A stretch of DNA of 64,000 nt, from assembly GCA_963823665.1 (NCBI GenBank), contig CAWGMQ010000003.1:1728001-1792000 (forward strand). The letters are read 5' to 3'. Of the stretch, positions 19,758 through 30,900 are shown piece by piece. Numbering within the stretch: the stretch's first letter is position 1; each line of letters starts with the position of its first letter. Both the position numbers and the translations under genes were made by a program. This DNA comes from an uncultured Planctomycetota bacterium. GTDB taxonomy: Bacteria; Planctomycetota; Planctomycetia; Isosphaerales; Isosphaeraceae. Under the pieces are notes generated by a model that saw only the letters and a list, made by a program, of their open reading frames with translations, was not told where the DNA came from and searched no databases.

Positions 19758-22700
19758 TCAAAAGTCCTTCAATGCGATGTCGCCCACGTCCGTGGTTTCG
19801 CCCGGCCGGACGGCGGCATCCTTGAATCCGACCCGCCGTCGAGTGATCCTTGCCCTGCTTTCGGCCACCAGAGAATAGTCGCATCCGGTCGGCACGTCGG
19901 CGAGGGTGAATCTCCCGTCATTGCCGCACCCGATCTCGGGCAGAATCAGGGCGTAACTTCCGCCCGGTTTGAGCACGGGCCGGATGCGTCGCCCCCGAGA
20001 CCGGGTTACCGTCAGGATCCACGATCCGGCCGGTGATCGTCGCGGACGGCTCGAGCGTGACGACGACGGGGCCGTTCTTGTCATCCCCTTCCTTGACATG
20101 AATCACCCGGCCGAGCTTTCGCCCCTCGTGGACGAGCCAGACCATCCGATCCTCTCCGGGTCCCAGGGCCACCACATCGAACTCGGCCTGGGCCTGGGCC
20201 TCGAGCTCGTATCGGCCGCGGTGCGGCGGCCGCCGGTTTTCACCCCGGTCACGGGCTTTCCCTGTTGATCGACCACCCGGAGGTGGACCTTCGCCCCCGG
20301 ATCCAGCGTGATGTCGAGATGGACCGTCTCGGTGCCCTCGGCAGGATTGATCTCTTTCATCGAGGTGGGGAAATGACGACTCGCGCTGACCGGGTTGCTC
20401 CAGGTGGCGAAGTCCCCGTGCTCGTTCATCCCCTTGATCGACTCGGCGCCGGCACCGCGGCGATAGGGCTTGCCCGTATAGACCACAGCCCCGACGATCG
20501 CTCGACCCGGCAGCCCGACCAGGCGATAGGTCCCGTCCGCCTTGCTCAGGTATCGCTGCTGGTAGGAAAACCCATCGGTATAGCCGCCCGGGTGGAATTC
20601 GGGGGTCGCCTGGACAAACTTGTTCTCGCGGAAGGGGAGATAATGGAGCCAGGCCCCTGCGACCGGCGCCCCCGTTTCTTTATCCGTGAGCTTGCCCTCG
20701 ATCCAGAGCCCCTTGTGCAGGTTGATCTCGACTGGAACGGCCCCGAGCCCCGGCGGGTCGGGTATCGCGAGATTCCTGCATGAAATAGGGTTGATCGTCG
20801 TTGGGTACGATCAGCAGCTTGTTTCCAGGGCCCTTGGGAAATCCCGCCAGCCGGAACCGGCCCTCGGCGTCGGTGCGCGTCTTGAGGGTCGTGATCCCGC
20901 TGAGATTGGCGCCGGAGAAGTGCCTGCTCCAGACATCGACGTCTTTCATGACCTTCTTGTCCTTCGCATCGCGGACGACGCCCTCGACGACCCGGCCCGG
21001 CGCGGCCGACAGTGTCAAGTCCGCTCCATAAATCGTCTGGGTCCCCGGACCATAGCTATTGGCGAATCCCTGAGCCGGGAACGGCTCGATCCGCCGCGTC
21101 ACGACGTTCAGTTGCGTGTGGGCGATCGTGGGTCCTTCGATCGAGAGCCTGACGAGCTTTTCGGCGCCCAGGCCCTCGATGCGGAACCGGCCCTGGGCAT
21201 CGGTCTCGGCCTTGCCGGAGGACTTCTCTTTGTCCTCTTCGAGGTGCCGGTACGCCACCCACGATGGCTCGCCCCGCCGCACGGCCTCCAGCCAAGGAGT
21301 CAGGTCGCCTCCCTTGGCCTTGTAGGTCGAGTCGACCTGAATCGTGACCCCCGGAATGGGCCGGCCTTCCAGGTCGACGATCCGGCCCGTGATGGGGACG
21401 TTGCGAGCGGGCGACCTTGCCCTGATCGTGCTTGACGGCGGCCGGTTGCTCAGACGGTTTTGATGGCTTGGCCAGTCGCCGCGCTGAACGTGCCCAGGTT
21501 GATCATCTGGCCCGATTCCAGTTTCACGTTGCGGGCCAGCTCGAACGGTTCGAACCGAGGCGGCTCCATCTTGCCGCTGGCGGAGAGACCGTAGGCCATT
21601 CGGTCCCTCGCCTGCAAGGTATAGGTCCCGCCTGGAGCCAGGTTGTCGATCCGGAATCGGCCATCAGCGCCGATCGCCTCCGTCGAGGAGTAGACGCGCG
21701 CGCGATCGGCGTTTCCTTCACCATCAAGCTCGACCCAGATCCCGCCCGTGACCGGCTTGCCCTCGGCGTCGACGATCCGGCCGGTGACCGTCGCGCAGGG
21801 CTGCAAAGTCAGCTTTGGCCCGCCGGCGCTGGCGGATTCGCCGGGCTTGATCGTGAGGACGGCTCCCAGCTTGCGGTCGCGGTGCAGAAAGAGCACAGTC
21901 TTGGCCTTCGCGGGGTCGAGGCCATAGATCTCGGCCTGGCCCTTGTCGTAGAGGTTTTGGCCCCCGCGTCTCTGGTCGGGGAACTGTCCGAACGCGGTGA
22001 CTTGCGTCAGCGGCTTGCCCTCCGGGTCGAGAAGCTGGATCGTGAGGGAGGGACTCGGCTGGAGTGCGAAGTCCTGGTGCATCCCGACACCCTTCGCCGG
22101 AACATCGACCTCCGCGACCGCTTCGAAATCCTGCGGGCTGATCTGGTTGAAAGTCGGCAGGCCGTCGCGCCGCATCGATTGACGAGCGGGGCGCTCGGAA
22201 AGCCGATCGCTGCCGACACCGAGCTGGTACGAGTGGGCAAAGGTCTTGACCGCCACGATGCCCCGGCCCGGGATTCCCACCACGCGGAACCGGCCTTGAT
22301 CGTCGGTGCGATACCGGTTGCCAGTCCAGTTAGCGGACATGGCGTTGGCTCTGAAGTTGGCGAACGCCTCGGCATGCGTATTGGCCAGGTACGGATAATA
22401 ATGGATCACCGCCCGCACCGGCCCCCCAGTCTTCGCGTCCGTGACGCGGCCGTCGATAAAGACCCCGGCATGCAGCGCGATATCGAACCGGACCGGCGCG
22501 ATTCCAGGCCCGGCTGATACCTTGAGAAAATTGGTCACGAAGTACGGCCCGTCCAGCGGCGGATAGACGCTCAGGACGTGCGCGTCTCCCTTCGGCAAAC
22601 CGATCAAGCGATAACGGCCTTCGGCGTCGGTCGTGGCGGTGATCAGGCCTTCGATGTTCCAGAGCGAGCCGGAGAGTTGCATGGCGGTAACGATCGCTCC

Positions 22701-24767
22701 CGGGATCGGCGCCTTGGTGTCTGCATCCGCGACCACGCCTTCGATCGGTCGACCGGGCTCGGCCACGATCGTCGGACTCGCACCGTAATAGGTCGGGTCT
22801 TTCAGGCCGGGCTCATCGAGATGACGGCCCTGGACGTTGGCCATCTTCCGCGTGACGACCTGGACGCGCCGCATGGCAATCGCTGGGCCGGTGATGTCCA
22901 GGATCGCCATCCGGTCGCGGCCCAGGCCGGAGAGTCGGAAACGCCCGTCTGCATCGGTCGTCGCCCGCGCGGCGGCGACGGGCGCCTCGATGCCCGGACA
23001 TTCCTGGCTGATCGGGAAATAATGAGACCGCGGGCGATCGCCATCGACGGGTCCGCTCTCAAGCGCCTTCAGCCACTTGTCGACCGCGGCCTGGCCCTCG
23101 GCCGCCCAGAGCGAGACGACGCGGATCGAGGCTTCGACCGGGCGTCCCTCCAGGTCGACCAACCGGCCGGTGATCGGCACATCGTCGGGGACCAGCCGGA
23201 TCGGCTGATCCTCGGTCACGTCGCGGGCGAGCGTCTTGGGCCAGGCCGGGCCGAACCCCGGCGCCCAGGCGACGATCGCGGGCCGGCCCCAGAGGTCGGG
23301 GTCAGCCGGATTCGGATCCGAGCCGCTGGCCGAATCGATGGTCGTCAGGCGGAAGCGGCCGTCGGCGCCGGTGACGACGCGGTCGATCTCCTGACGTTCC
23401 CCATCACGATCATAGGGGCCGACGCCCCCACGTCGATACCGCGCCGAGGCCACCGTCGCACCGGCGACCGGACGGCCCTCTTGATCGACAACGCGGCCCT
23501 TTACCGTGATTCGGGACTCCGGCTTGACGGGATCAGCGGGCACCGGTTTCCCTGGCTTCGGCTCGTCCGCGAGGACGTTCCGGCTTTCACCCCCGACACC
23601 GAGCAGGCCCGCGAGGATCGTTCCCGCCAGGCCCGCCAGAAGCGTCGCGGCGATGGTTCGCCGGCCGGCCCGGGTCGAGAGCGATCGCGTCGAATCGAGA
23701 ATCCGCGCGATCCGCCGAGCCAGCAGTGAACGCAGCGAGATCATCCCGACTGCCGACGGCGCCAGCGGGGGCAGCCGGCGCTCGGCCAGCTCGAGCAGGT
23801 GGCCGGCATATCGGCCCCGGTCCGCGCCGAATGCGACGACGAAATCGTCGCAGACCTCCTCGGCCGTCTCCTCGATCCGCCGCGACAACACCCAGAGCAG
23901 CGGCTGCACCCACAGCGCCGCCGTGGCCAGTTGCCGGAGCAGGTTCCACAGCCCGTCGCGGCGGCCCAGATGCGCCAGTTCGTGGACGAAGGTATCACGC
24001 AGGTTCTGGTCCGCGTCGTCCGGCAGCAGGATGGCCGGCCGGCGCAGGCCGTCCAGGCACGGACTTGACAGGAAGGGAGAACGAAGGACGGCAAGGAGCC
24101 TCAGTCGCATTCGCCCGGCTAGCTCGTGGCACAGCGCCTGGGCCTCGGGCTCGGCCGGGATGGCCGTCCCTCGCAGGCGAGCCATGCGGCGGTGGCCGAC
24201 CAGCAGCCGCATGGCGAGGATCGCCGTACCCAGCAGCCAGAACGCCAGCACGATCGAGGCCATCGAGGCGATCCAATCCGGGCCGGTCACCGACTCGACC
24301 GGTTCTGGTGTTGTCCCCGTACTGAGGAAGCGCGGGGGCTCGGCGGTCGTTGATGCGTCGACCGGTAATCCCATCGGACGCAAGGCCTGCATCGGGTCGA
24401 CGGCCGCGGGCGCGATGGCCGCGCGATCGAACGAGGTCGGGATCGCGCTGAAACCTTGCCGGGCGATGGGTCCGACTCGATCGAGCCCACCATCTGCGAC
24501 CTCGATCTTTTCATCCGCCGCCACGCCGGGCACCCGGATCACCAAACCGGGGAATCCCATCGCGGCGATCGCCATTGACGCGATGGGACAGACCAGGACG
24601 GCGACGAGGATCGTGCGATAGAGGGCCGACTGGACGGCCGGCCCTCGCCCCTTCAGGAAGCGGCCGGCCAGCAGGCCCACGGTCAAGAGCACGGTCGACT
24701 GGATCAACCAGGTCAAGACCGCATCGATCGGAGCCACGGAACCGGTTGTGAGCAATTTCCAGGTCAT
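19758..24767 (-). CDS. BlaR1/M56 family metallopeptidase signal transducer with long carboxypeptidase-regulatory-like beta-sandwich ectodomain (several frameshifts in the 3' third)
   Basis: N-terminal TMs, 'HELAHLGRRD', 'EEVCDD', repeated 'GR(V/I/L)VDxEGRPV...TDAxGRFR'. Continuation 'NVPITGRIVDLEGRP' is readable past the stop at 21450, through ORFs 20680-21282, 20103-20486 and 19758-20099. Confidence 0.85.
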
Positions 24768-24781
24768 CAGCCGCGCCTCCG

Positions 24782-25156
24782 TCAGTCTTTTTGATGTTGG
24801 TCGATCAACCGGTGAAGCTCGTCGAGCTCATCGCGGGACATCCGCTCGTTTTTCAGCAGGTGGGCGACCAGGCTGCCCACGTCGCCACCGAAGACGCGGT
24901 CGAGCAGCTCGCGCGCAGCGGTTCGCTTGACCCTGTCTTCTTTCAGACGGGGGAAGAACACGAAGGTGCGATCCTCGGCCTCATGCCCCACGGCACCCTT
25001 GGCTTCGAGTTGCCTCAAGAGCGTCTGCACCGTGCTGTGAGCGACCGGCTCAGACTCGTTGAGGGCCTCGGTGATCTCCCGAGCATTCGCCCGCTGGCGG
25101 TCCCAGAGGACCTGCATGATCCGGAACTGCATCCGGCCCAGTTTCGTCCCGCCCAT
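24782..25156 (-). CDS. BlaI/MecI/CopY family transcriptional repressor
   Basis: 'QFRIMQVLW', 'AHSTVQTLLRQLEAKGAV', 'LLDRVFGGDVGSLVAHLL', 'ELDELHRLI'. RBS GGAGG precedes ATG 25156. Confidence 0.93.
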   Translation of the reverse strand: MGGTKLGRMQFRIMQVLWDRQRANAREITEALNESEPVAHSTVQTLLRQLEAKGAVGHEAEDRTFVFFPRLKEDRVKRTAARELLDRVFGGDVGSLVAHLLKNERMSRDELDELHRLIDQHQKD

Positions 25157-25184
25157 CGCCCGCGCCTCCCGAACCCGTTTGTCG

Positions 25185-25225
25185 TTTACCACAGTAAATC
25201 TACCAAGATAGATGACGGGTGTCAA
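25185..25225 (-). promoter_or_regulatory. sigma70-type promoter overlapped by two tandem BlaI/CopY-type boxes
   Basis: Minus strand reads TTGACA-N17-TAGATT (25225-25197). Plus strand has TTTAC-CACA-GTAAA (25185-25198) and TCTAC-CAAG-ATAGA (25199-25212), matching TAC-N4-GTA. Confidence 0.75.
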
Positions 25226-25419
25226 CGGGGTGGCGCGTCTCTTTGGGGTGGCGGGTCGTCTGAGGAGTGCCGGTAGCTCGGTGGATTTGCTAAGGAATTC
25301 TTACAAGTTCGGCTGGAAGGCACGCGCGAGGTTCGGCGAACGGCGAAGCATTACAACCTCGACGTGATCCTGGCCGTCGGCTAACGAGTTCGCTCTCCGC
25401 GCGGAACGCAGTTCCGCCG

Positions 25420-25565
25420 CTGGCGTCCGCCATGCCGAGGGCCAGCAGCCGCCACTCCCGCCACTCGCTACCGTGATCGAGCTTCACCCCCTTGCGAGCG
25501 AGTGCCAATGCCGCGCCGAGCTCCGCCTTGCTGGTGGACACCCGGATCATGCCGCATCCGTGCGC
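25420..25565 (-). pseudogene. short remnant resembling the helical C-terminus of planctomycete Ser/Thr kinases
   Basis: 'STSKAELGAALALARKGVKLDHGSEWREWRLLALGMA' with no supporting N- or C-terminal context. Confidence 0.35.
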
Positions 25566-25741
25566 CTCCTTGCCGGTGATGGGTGTGTTGCCAAACCTCA
25601 TCTACGCAAGAGAGGCCCTTTTCGCCTATGTCAATTCGCCCGAACGTGATACGAGAAATCTACGTGCCATTCGTGCTCCTGACCGGTGCAATGAATCAAG
25701 GGCTGGTGAGAACGCCCGTCCTCAGTTCAGGAACACAGGTG

Positions 25742-26340
25742 ATGAGCCAAATGCAGTTGCAACCGGACGACCCGATCCGGCCCCTGGACTGGCTCAAGGT
25801 CATCCCGTTCGAGCCGGCCGCGTGGAGCGACCGGTTGGGGTGGGTCGGCCTGGAGGCGGTGTGCCGCCGAACGGAGCCCGCCTTTGAACTCGACCAGCCC
25901 GCCCTGACCCACCACTTGCCGCCGAGTCGCTGGCCAACCTCCTGGCCGTCCACCTGATCCGCCACATCTCAGCGCCCCGGCGGCTGGAGCGCGGGCGGGA
26001 CGGGGTGCTGCCGCGGGGGCGGCTCCGCGCCGTGGTGGAGTACATCGAGGAGCATCTCGACGGCTGCCCGACCCTGGCGCAGCTCGCTGCGGTTGTCCGC
26101 CTCAACCCCTACCACTTCGCGCGGCAGTTCAAGGCCGCCACCGGGCTGCCGCCGCATCAGTACGTCATCCTGCGTCGCGTCGAGCGGGCCAAGCAGCTCC
26201 TGCAAGCAGGCACGGATCTGTCCCTGGCGGAAGTCGCCCTCCGCGCCGGCTTCTCGGACCAGAGCCAGTTCTCCCATCACTTCAAGCGCCTCGTTGGCGT
26301 CACGCCGGGGCAGTTCCGGACTCCCTCAAGAATCGCTTAA
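25742..26340 (+). pseudogene. AraC family regulator with internal deletion and frameshift
   Basis: N-terminus 'WSDRLGWVGLEA...PALTHH' abuts, in another frame at ~25915, 'LAAESLANLLAVHLIRH'. Intact HTH follows: 'PYHFARQFKAATGLPPHQYV...AGFSDQSQFSHHFKRLVGVTPGQFR'. The middle of the effector domain is missing. Confidence 0.75.
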
Positions 26341-26658
26341 CAGCCAGCAATTCCCGCCAAGAAGCGTTCGCGCCATCCCCTTACCATTCCTCATGAGCAA
26401 GGCGGGTTGGCGTCGCCGTCCCGGTGGGCGCTGACCGATCGGGCAGTCTCTGCCCCACCCGACCCGCCGATCTGGAGTCCGTTTCAAGCCCCGGTTCGGT
26501 CCGGGGCAGGAGGATCGTATGCCTCCCGGGCCTGACCGGCGAGCTGGTGCGGACCGGCGAGACGCTCTATATCGCCGGCGGCTTGCGTCAGGCCTCCGCC
26601 CACCGTCTCGCTCGTTCGTTCGACCGTCGTTTCGCACAACCATTCACAGGAGCAAGAC

Positions 26659-27870
26659 ATGACCAGCGTCTTCTTTCAGTCCCTCCATCTGCACGACTTG
26701 ACTCTGCGGAACCGGATTGTCCTGGCGCCGCTGACCCGCTCGCGGGCCGGGACCGCTCGCCTGCCGAACCGCCTGATGGCCGAATACTACTCCCAGCGCA
26801 GCTCGGCGGGTCTGCTCATCACCGAGGCGACCACGATCTCCGCCCCCTCAATATGGATGCTCACCCTGCTCCGGTTCGTGACCGGTCTCGGGCTGGGCGG
26901 CGCCCTGCCCAACGCGATCACCCTCACCTCGGAATACTCCCCGGAGGGCCGCCGCTCCTCCCTCGTGATGATCATGTTCAGCGGCTTCGCCCTCGGCGCC
27001 GCCCTGAGCGGCGTGGCGTCGGCGCACCTCATCGCCGCGTATGGGTGGCGTTCGGTCCTGGTGCTCGGCGGGGTCCTGCCGCTCCTGCTGGCCCCGGTCC
27101 TCTGGGTGATCCTGCCGGAATCCGTCCTCTTCCTGGTGATGCGGGGCGACCGCGACGCCCGCGTCGCGGCCACGCTCTGGCGGGTCGCCCCCGATGTCGT
27201 GATCCCCGCCGGCGCGCGCTTCGTCGGCGCCGGCAGGCCGGAGAAGCTCCCGGTGGGCGAGCTCTTCCGCCGCGACTTGCGGATGGGGACGCTCATCCTC
27301 TGGCTCACCTTCTTCATGAGCCTGCTCTTCTTCTATCTGCTGGGGAACTGGCTGCCGACGCTCCTCCACAGCACCGGCGTCTCCCTCAGGACGGCGTTGC
27401 TGGTCAGCGCCCTGTTCTATACGGGCGGCGTGCTGGGCGGCGTGACGCTCGGCCGGATCATGGACAAGTCCGATCCGCACCGCGTGCTTGGCGTTACCTA
27501 CGCGCTGGCGGGCGCGTTCATCATCGCCCTCGGCAACGTGGCTACGTTGCCCTGGCTCGCGGCGCCCGCCGTGTTCGGCGCCGGGTTCTGCACCGGGGGC
27601 TGCCAGATCGGGATCCACGCCGTGGCCGCCGCCTACTATCCGACGACCAGCCGGGCCACCGGCGTCGACCGCTTGGGCTCGGTGCTGGGCTCGATGCTGG
27701 GGGGCGCCCTGCTGTCCCCCGGGCGTCAATTGTCCACGATCCTCGCAATCGTGGCAGTGCCGGCCTTTGTCGCCGCGGCGAGCATGCTCGCCATGGGCCG
27801 ACAGGAAATCGTAATACACAAGTATCGCTATGACAATGCCTGGCGGGCTCCGCAGAAGGAGGGCATGTAA
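26659..27870 (+). pseudogene. in-frame chimera: old-yellow-enzyme (NemA-like) N-terminus fused to an aromatic-acid MFS transporter (PcaK/BenK-like) lacking its first helices
   Basis: aa 1-61 'LRNRIVLAPLTRSRA...MAEYYSQRSSAGLLITEATTIS', then 'LLRFVTGLGLGGALPNAITLTSEYSP..RR', 'LPES', 'NWLPTLL', 'YYPT..RATG'. Confidence 0.8.
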
Positions 27871-27928
27871 ACGCGCTATGTCCCATGTTTTCCCGTCCAT
27901 GTAAACGCGCTATGTCGCCCGTTTTCCC
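27864..27928. repeat. 34-bp-period imperfect tandem repeat (REP-like)
   Basis: CATGTAAACGCGCTATGTC at 27864 and 27898, each followed by GTTTTCCC. Confidence 0.8.
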
Positions 27929-27957
27929 TTCCGTGGTTAAAACGAGTTTTCCGACAT

Positions 27958-30900
27958 TCAGCGGCGGAACGGATCGGCCGGGAAGATCGGATCGTAGAGG
28001 ATCGTCGCCTCGGCCTCATTCTGAAGCAGACGGATCTCCACTTCGTCCCAGAACTCGCCCGGATCCGTGCTCGGCCGGCGGCGGCGAAGCTGTTCCAGGT
28101 AGCGACGAGCCTGATCGCGATGCCCGAGGCGGTGGTGAATCATCGCCAGGAAGACCCAGTCCGGGGGATCGCTGATTCCGTTCCGGACCTGAATGCTTTG
28201 TTCGAAGCGACGGATCGCGTCCTCGTATCGACCGGCGCGATAGAGGGCGGCGCCGAGGACTCGGAGGAAGCCTTCGTCCCGATTGCCATCCGGCGTGCCG
28301 TGCACGGCAAGCTCGGCCAGGCGAACCAGCGATTCGCCGTGAGCGTCCAGTTCTGGGGCCAGCGCGGCATACCTGGCGGCGGCATTCGCATTAACCGGAT
28401 CGGTCGTTGAACGGATTTGGAGGAGAAGGCCGGCACGCACTCGCCTGAGCTCATCGCGGTCGCCAGCGGCCCCGAGCGAGAGGATTTGGCGCCGGCGGAG
28501 TGTGAGGTCCGCCGGTTGGATGCGGACAGCCTGCCCATAGTCCGCGGCGGCCTCGGCCCATTGTTGCCCCTGCGCGCGATCATCGCCGCGTCGACTCCAA
28601 AGCGGGGCGGCCAGGCCGGGCGATTGGGCGATAGCACGATGGAAGAGGGCGTCGCTCCTCGATATCGTTTCGATCAGCTTGCGGTCACGTGATCCCAGAG
28701 CGTACGCCTGAACGAAGTCATCGTTGGCCTTGTCGGGCCGGGAGCGGGCGGCGTGAAAGCGGGCGCGTTCGAGCAGCACGTCGGAATCAAACGGTCGCGC
28801 CAATGCGGCCTGGTTGAAAGCGGCTTCGGCCTCTGCCCACCGCTCGCGCTCAGTCCAGGCCCGCGCGCGGGCCGTGGGTTCGGAGCCGAAAAGGATGGGG
28901 TCGAGCCGCCATTGCCTGCCGGGTTCCGGTGGACCCCCTTCCCGGTCGACCCGCTGGCGATGCTGCTGCCACGCCGCGTTGTCAAGAGGTCGAACCGAGC
29001 CCTGTCCATCGGCCTCCAGGCCGGTGACGAGCTCGACCCAGGTGGTGATGCGAGCCAGGTCGTCCGGCAACTCCGCGATCGTCCAGACCCGGGCGGTCTT
29101 GTCCTGGCTTCCTGTGAGCACAGCCTTGCCGTCGGGGCTGAACGCCACCGCGAAGACCCGCTCCATGTGCGCCAGCGGCGGCCCGACCGGCTTGCCGGTG
29201 GCGACGTTCCAGAGCCGCGCCGTTTTGTCCTGGCTGCCCGTGAGCGCGGTATTGCCGTCCGGGCTGAACGCCACGGCCCAGACCCTGTCCTTGTGCTCCA
29301 GTGGTGGTCCGAAGGGCTCGCTGGTGGTGGTGTTCCATAGCCGCGCAGTCTTGTAACTGCCGGTGAGCACCGCTTTGCCGTCTGGTCTGAACGCCACGGC
29401 CGTGACTTCGGCCTTGTGCTCCATCGGTCGCCCGACAGGCACGCCGGTGACGGCATCCCACATGCGCGCCGTTTTGTCATTGCCGCCCGTGAGTACGGTT
29501 CTGCCGTCCGGGCTGAATGCCGCGGCCCAGACCCGGCCTTTGTGGGTCAGTGGCTGCCCGATAGGCTTGCCGGTTGCGGTGTCCCAGAGCCGGCCTGCAC
29601 TGTCATCACCGCCGGTCACTACGATTTTGCCGTCGGGGCTGAACGCCGCGGCCCTGACCGCGCTCCCGTGCGGCAGCGGCTGCCCGATGGGCTTTCCGGT
29701 TGCAGCGTCCCAGAGCCGCGCCGCATTGTCCTCGCTGCCAGTGACCACGACCGTGCCGTTGTGGCTGAATGCCACGGCATTGACTGCGCCGTTGTGCGCC
29801 AGTGGCGGTCCCACGGGCTTGCCGGTGATCGCGTCCCAGAGCCGAGCCGTTCTGTCATTGCTGCCGGTGAGTACAATCTTGCCGTCGGGGCTGAACGCCA
29901 CGGCCGCGATCCTGTGCTGGTGATCCAGTGGCGGCCCGATGGGCTTGCCGGTGTTGGCGTCCCAGAGCCGCGCTGTCCTGTCATCGCTGCTGGTAAGCAC
30001 GGTGTTGCCGTCGGGGCTGAACGCCACGTCCGCGATCGAGTCCCGGTGCGCGAGTGGTGGCCCGATGGATGTGCCCGTGGCGGCGTCCCAGAGCCGCGCC
30101 GTGTTGTCAAAACTGCCCGTTGCCACCGTATTGCCGTCGGGGCTGAATGCCACGAACCAGACCACGCCCTGATGCACCATCGGTGGCCCGATGGGATTGC
30201 CCGTGGCCGTGTCCCAGAGCCGCGCCGTGTTGTCCAGGCTCCCGGTGAGCACGGCTTTGCCGTTGGGGCTGAACGCCACGTCATTGATCCGGTCATTGTG
30301 CACCAGGGGTGGTCCGATAGGCTGGCTGGTGGCGGCATCCCAGAGCCGCGCCGTCTTGTCGTAGCTGCCGGTGAGCACGGTCTTGCCATCGGGGCTGAAC
30401 GCGGCGGTCAAGACCATATCCTTGTGCGCCAACGGCGCACCCTTGGGCAATCCGGTGGCAGCGTCCCAGAGCCGCGCCGTGTTGTCCGTGCCGCTCGTGA
30501 GAATGGCCTTGCCGTCGGGGCTGAACACCGCGACAAACACCTGGCCTTGGTGCGTCAGCGGAGGTCCGATGGGTTTGCCGCTGGCGAAGTCCCAGAGCCG
30601 CGCCGTGTGGTCCCAACTGCCTGTAAGCACGGCCTTGCCGTCGGGGCTGAAGGCCACGGCCATGATCTTGTCACTGTGCTCCAGGGGTGGCCCGATGGGG
30701 TTGCCGGTGGCGGCGTCCCAGAGCCGCGCCGTGTTGTCAAAGCTGCCTGTGAGTACGGCCTTGCCGTCGGGGCTGAACGCCACGACCAAGACCCGGTCCA
30801 TGTGCGTCAGTGGCGGCCCGATGGGCTCGCCCGTCGCGGCGTTCCAGAGTCTGGCGGTCTTGTCGTCGCTGCCTGTGAGTACGGCCTTGCCGTCGGGACT

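Noticed and set aside
27864..27928. Mini-CRISPR
   Set aside because: Only two units, the intervening sequences are similar to each other, and no leader or cas genes are present.
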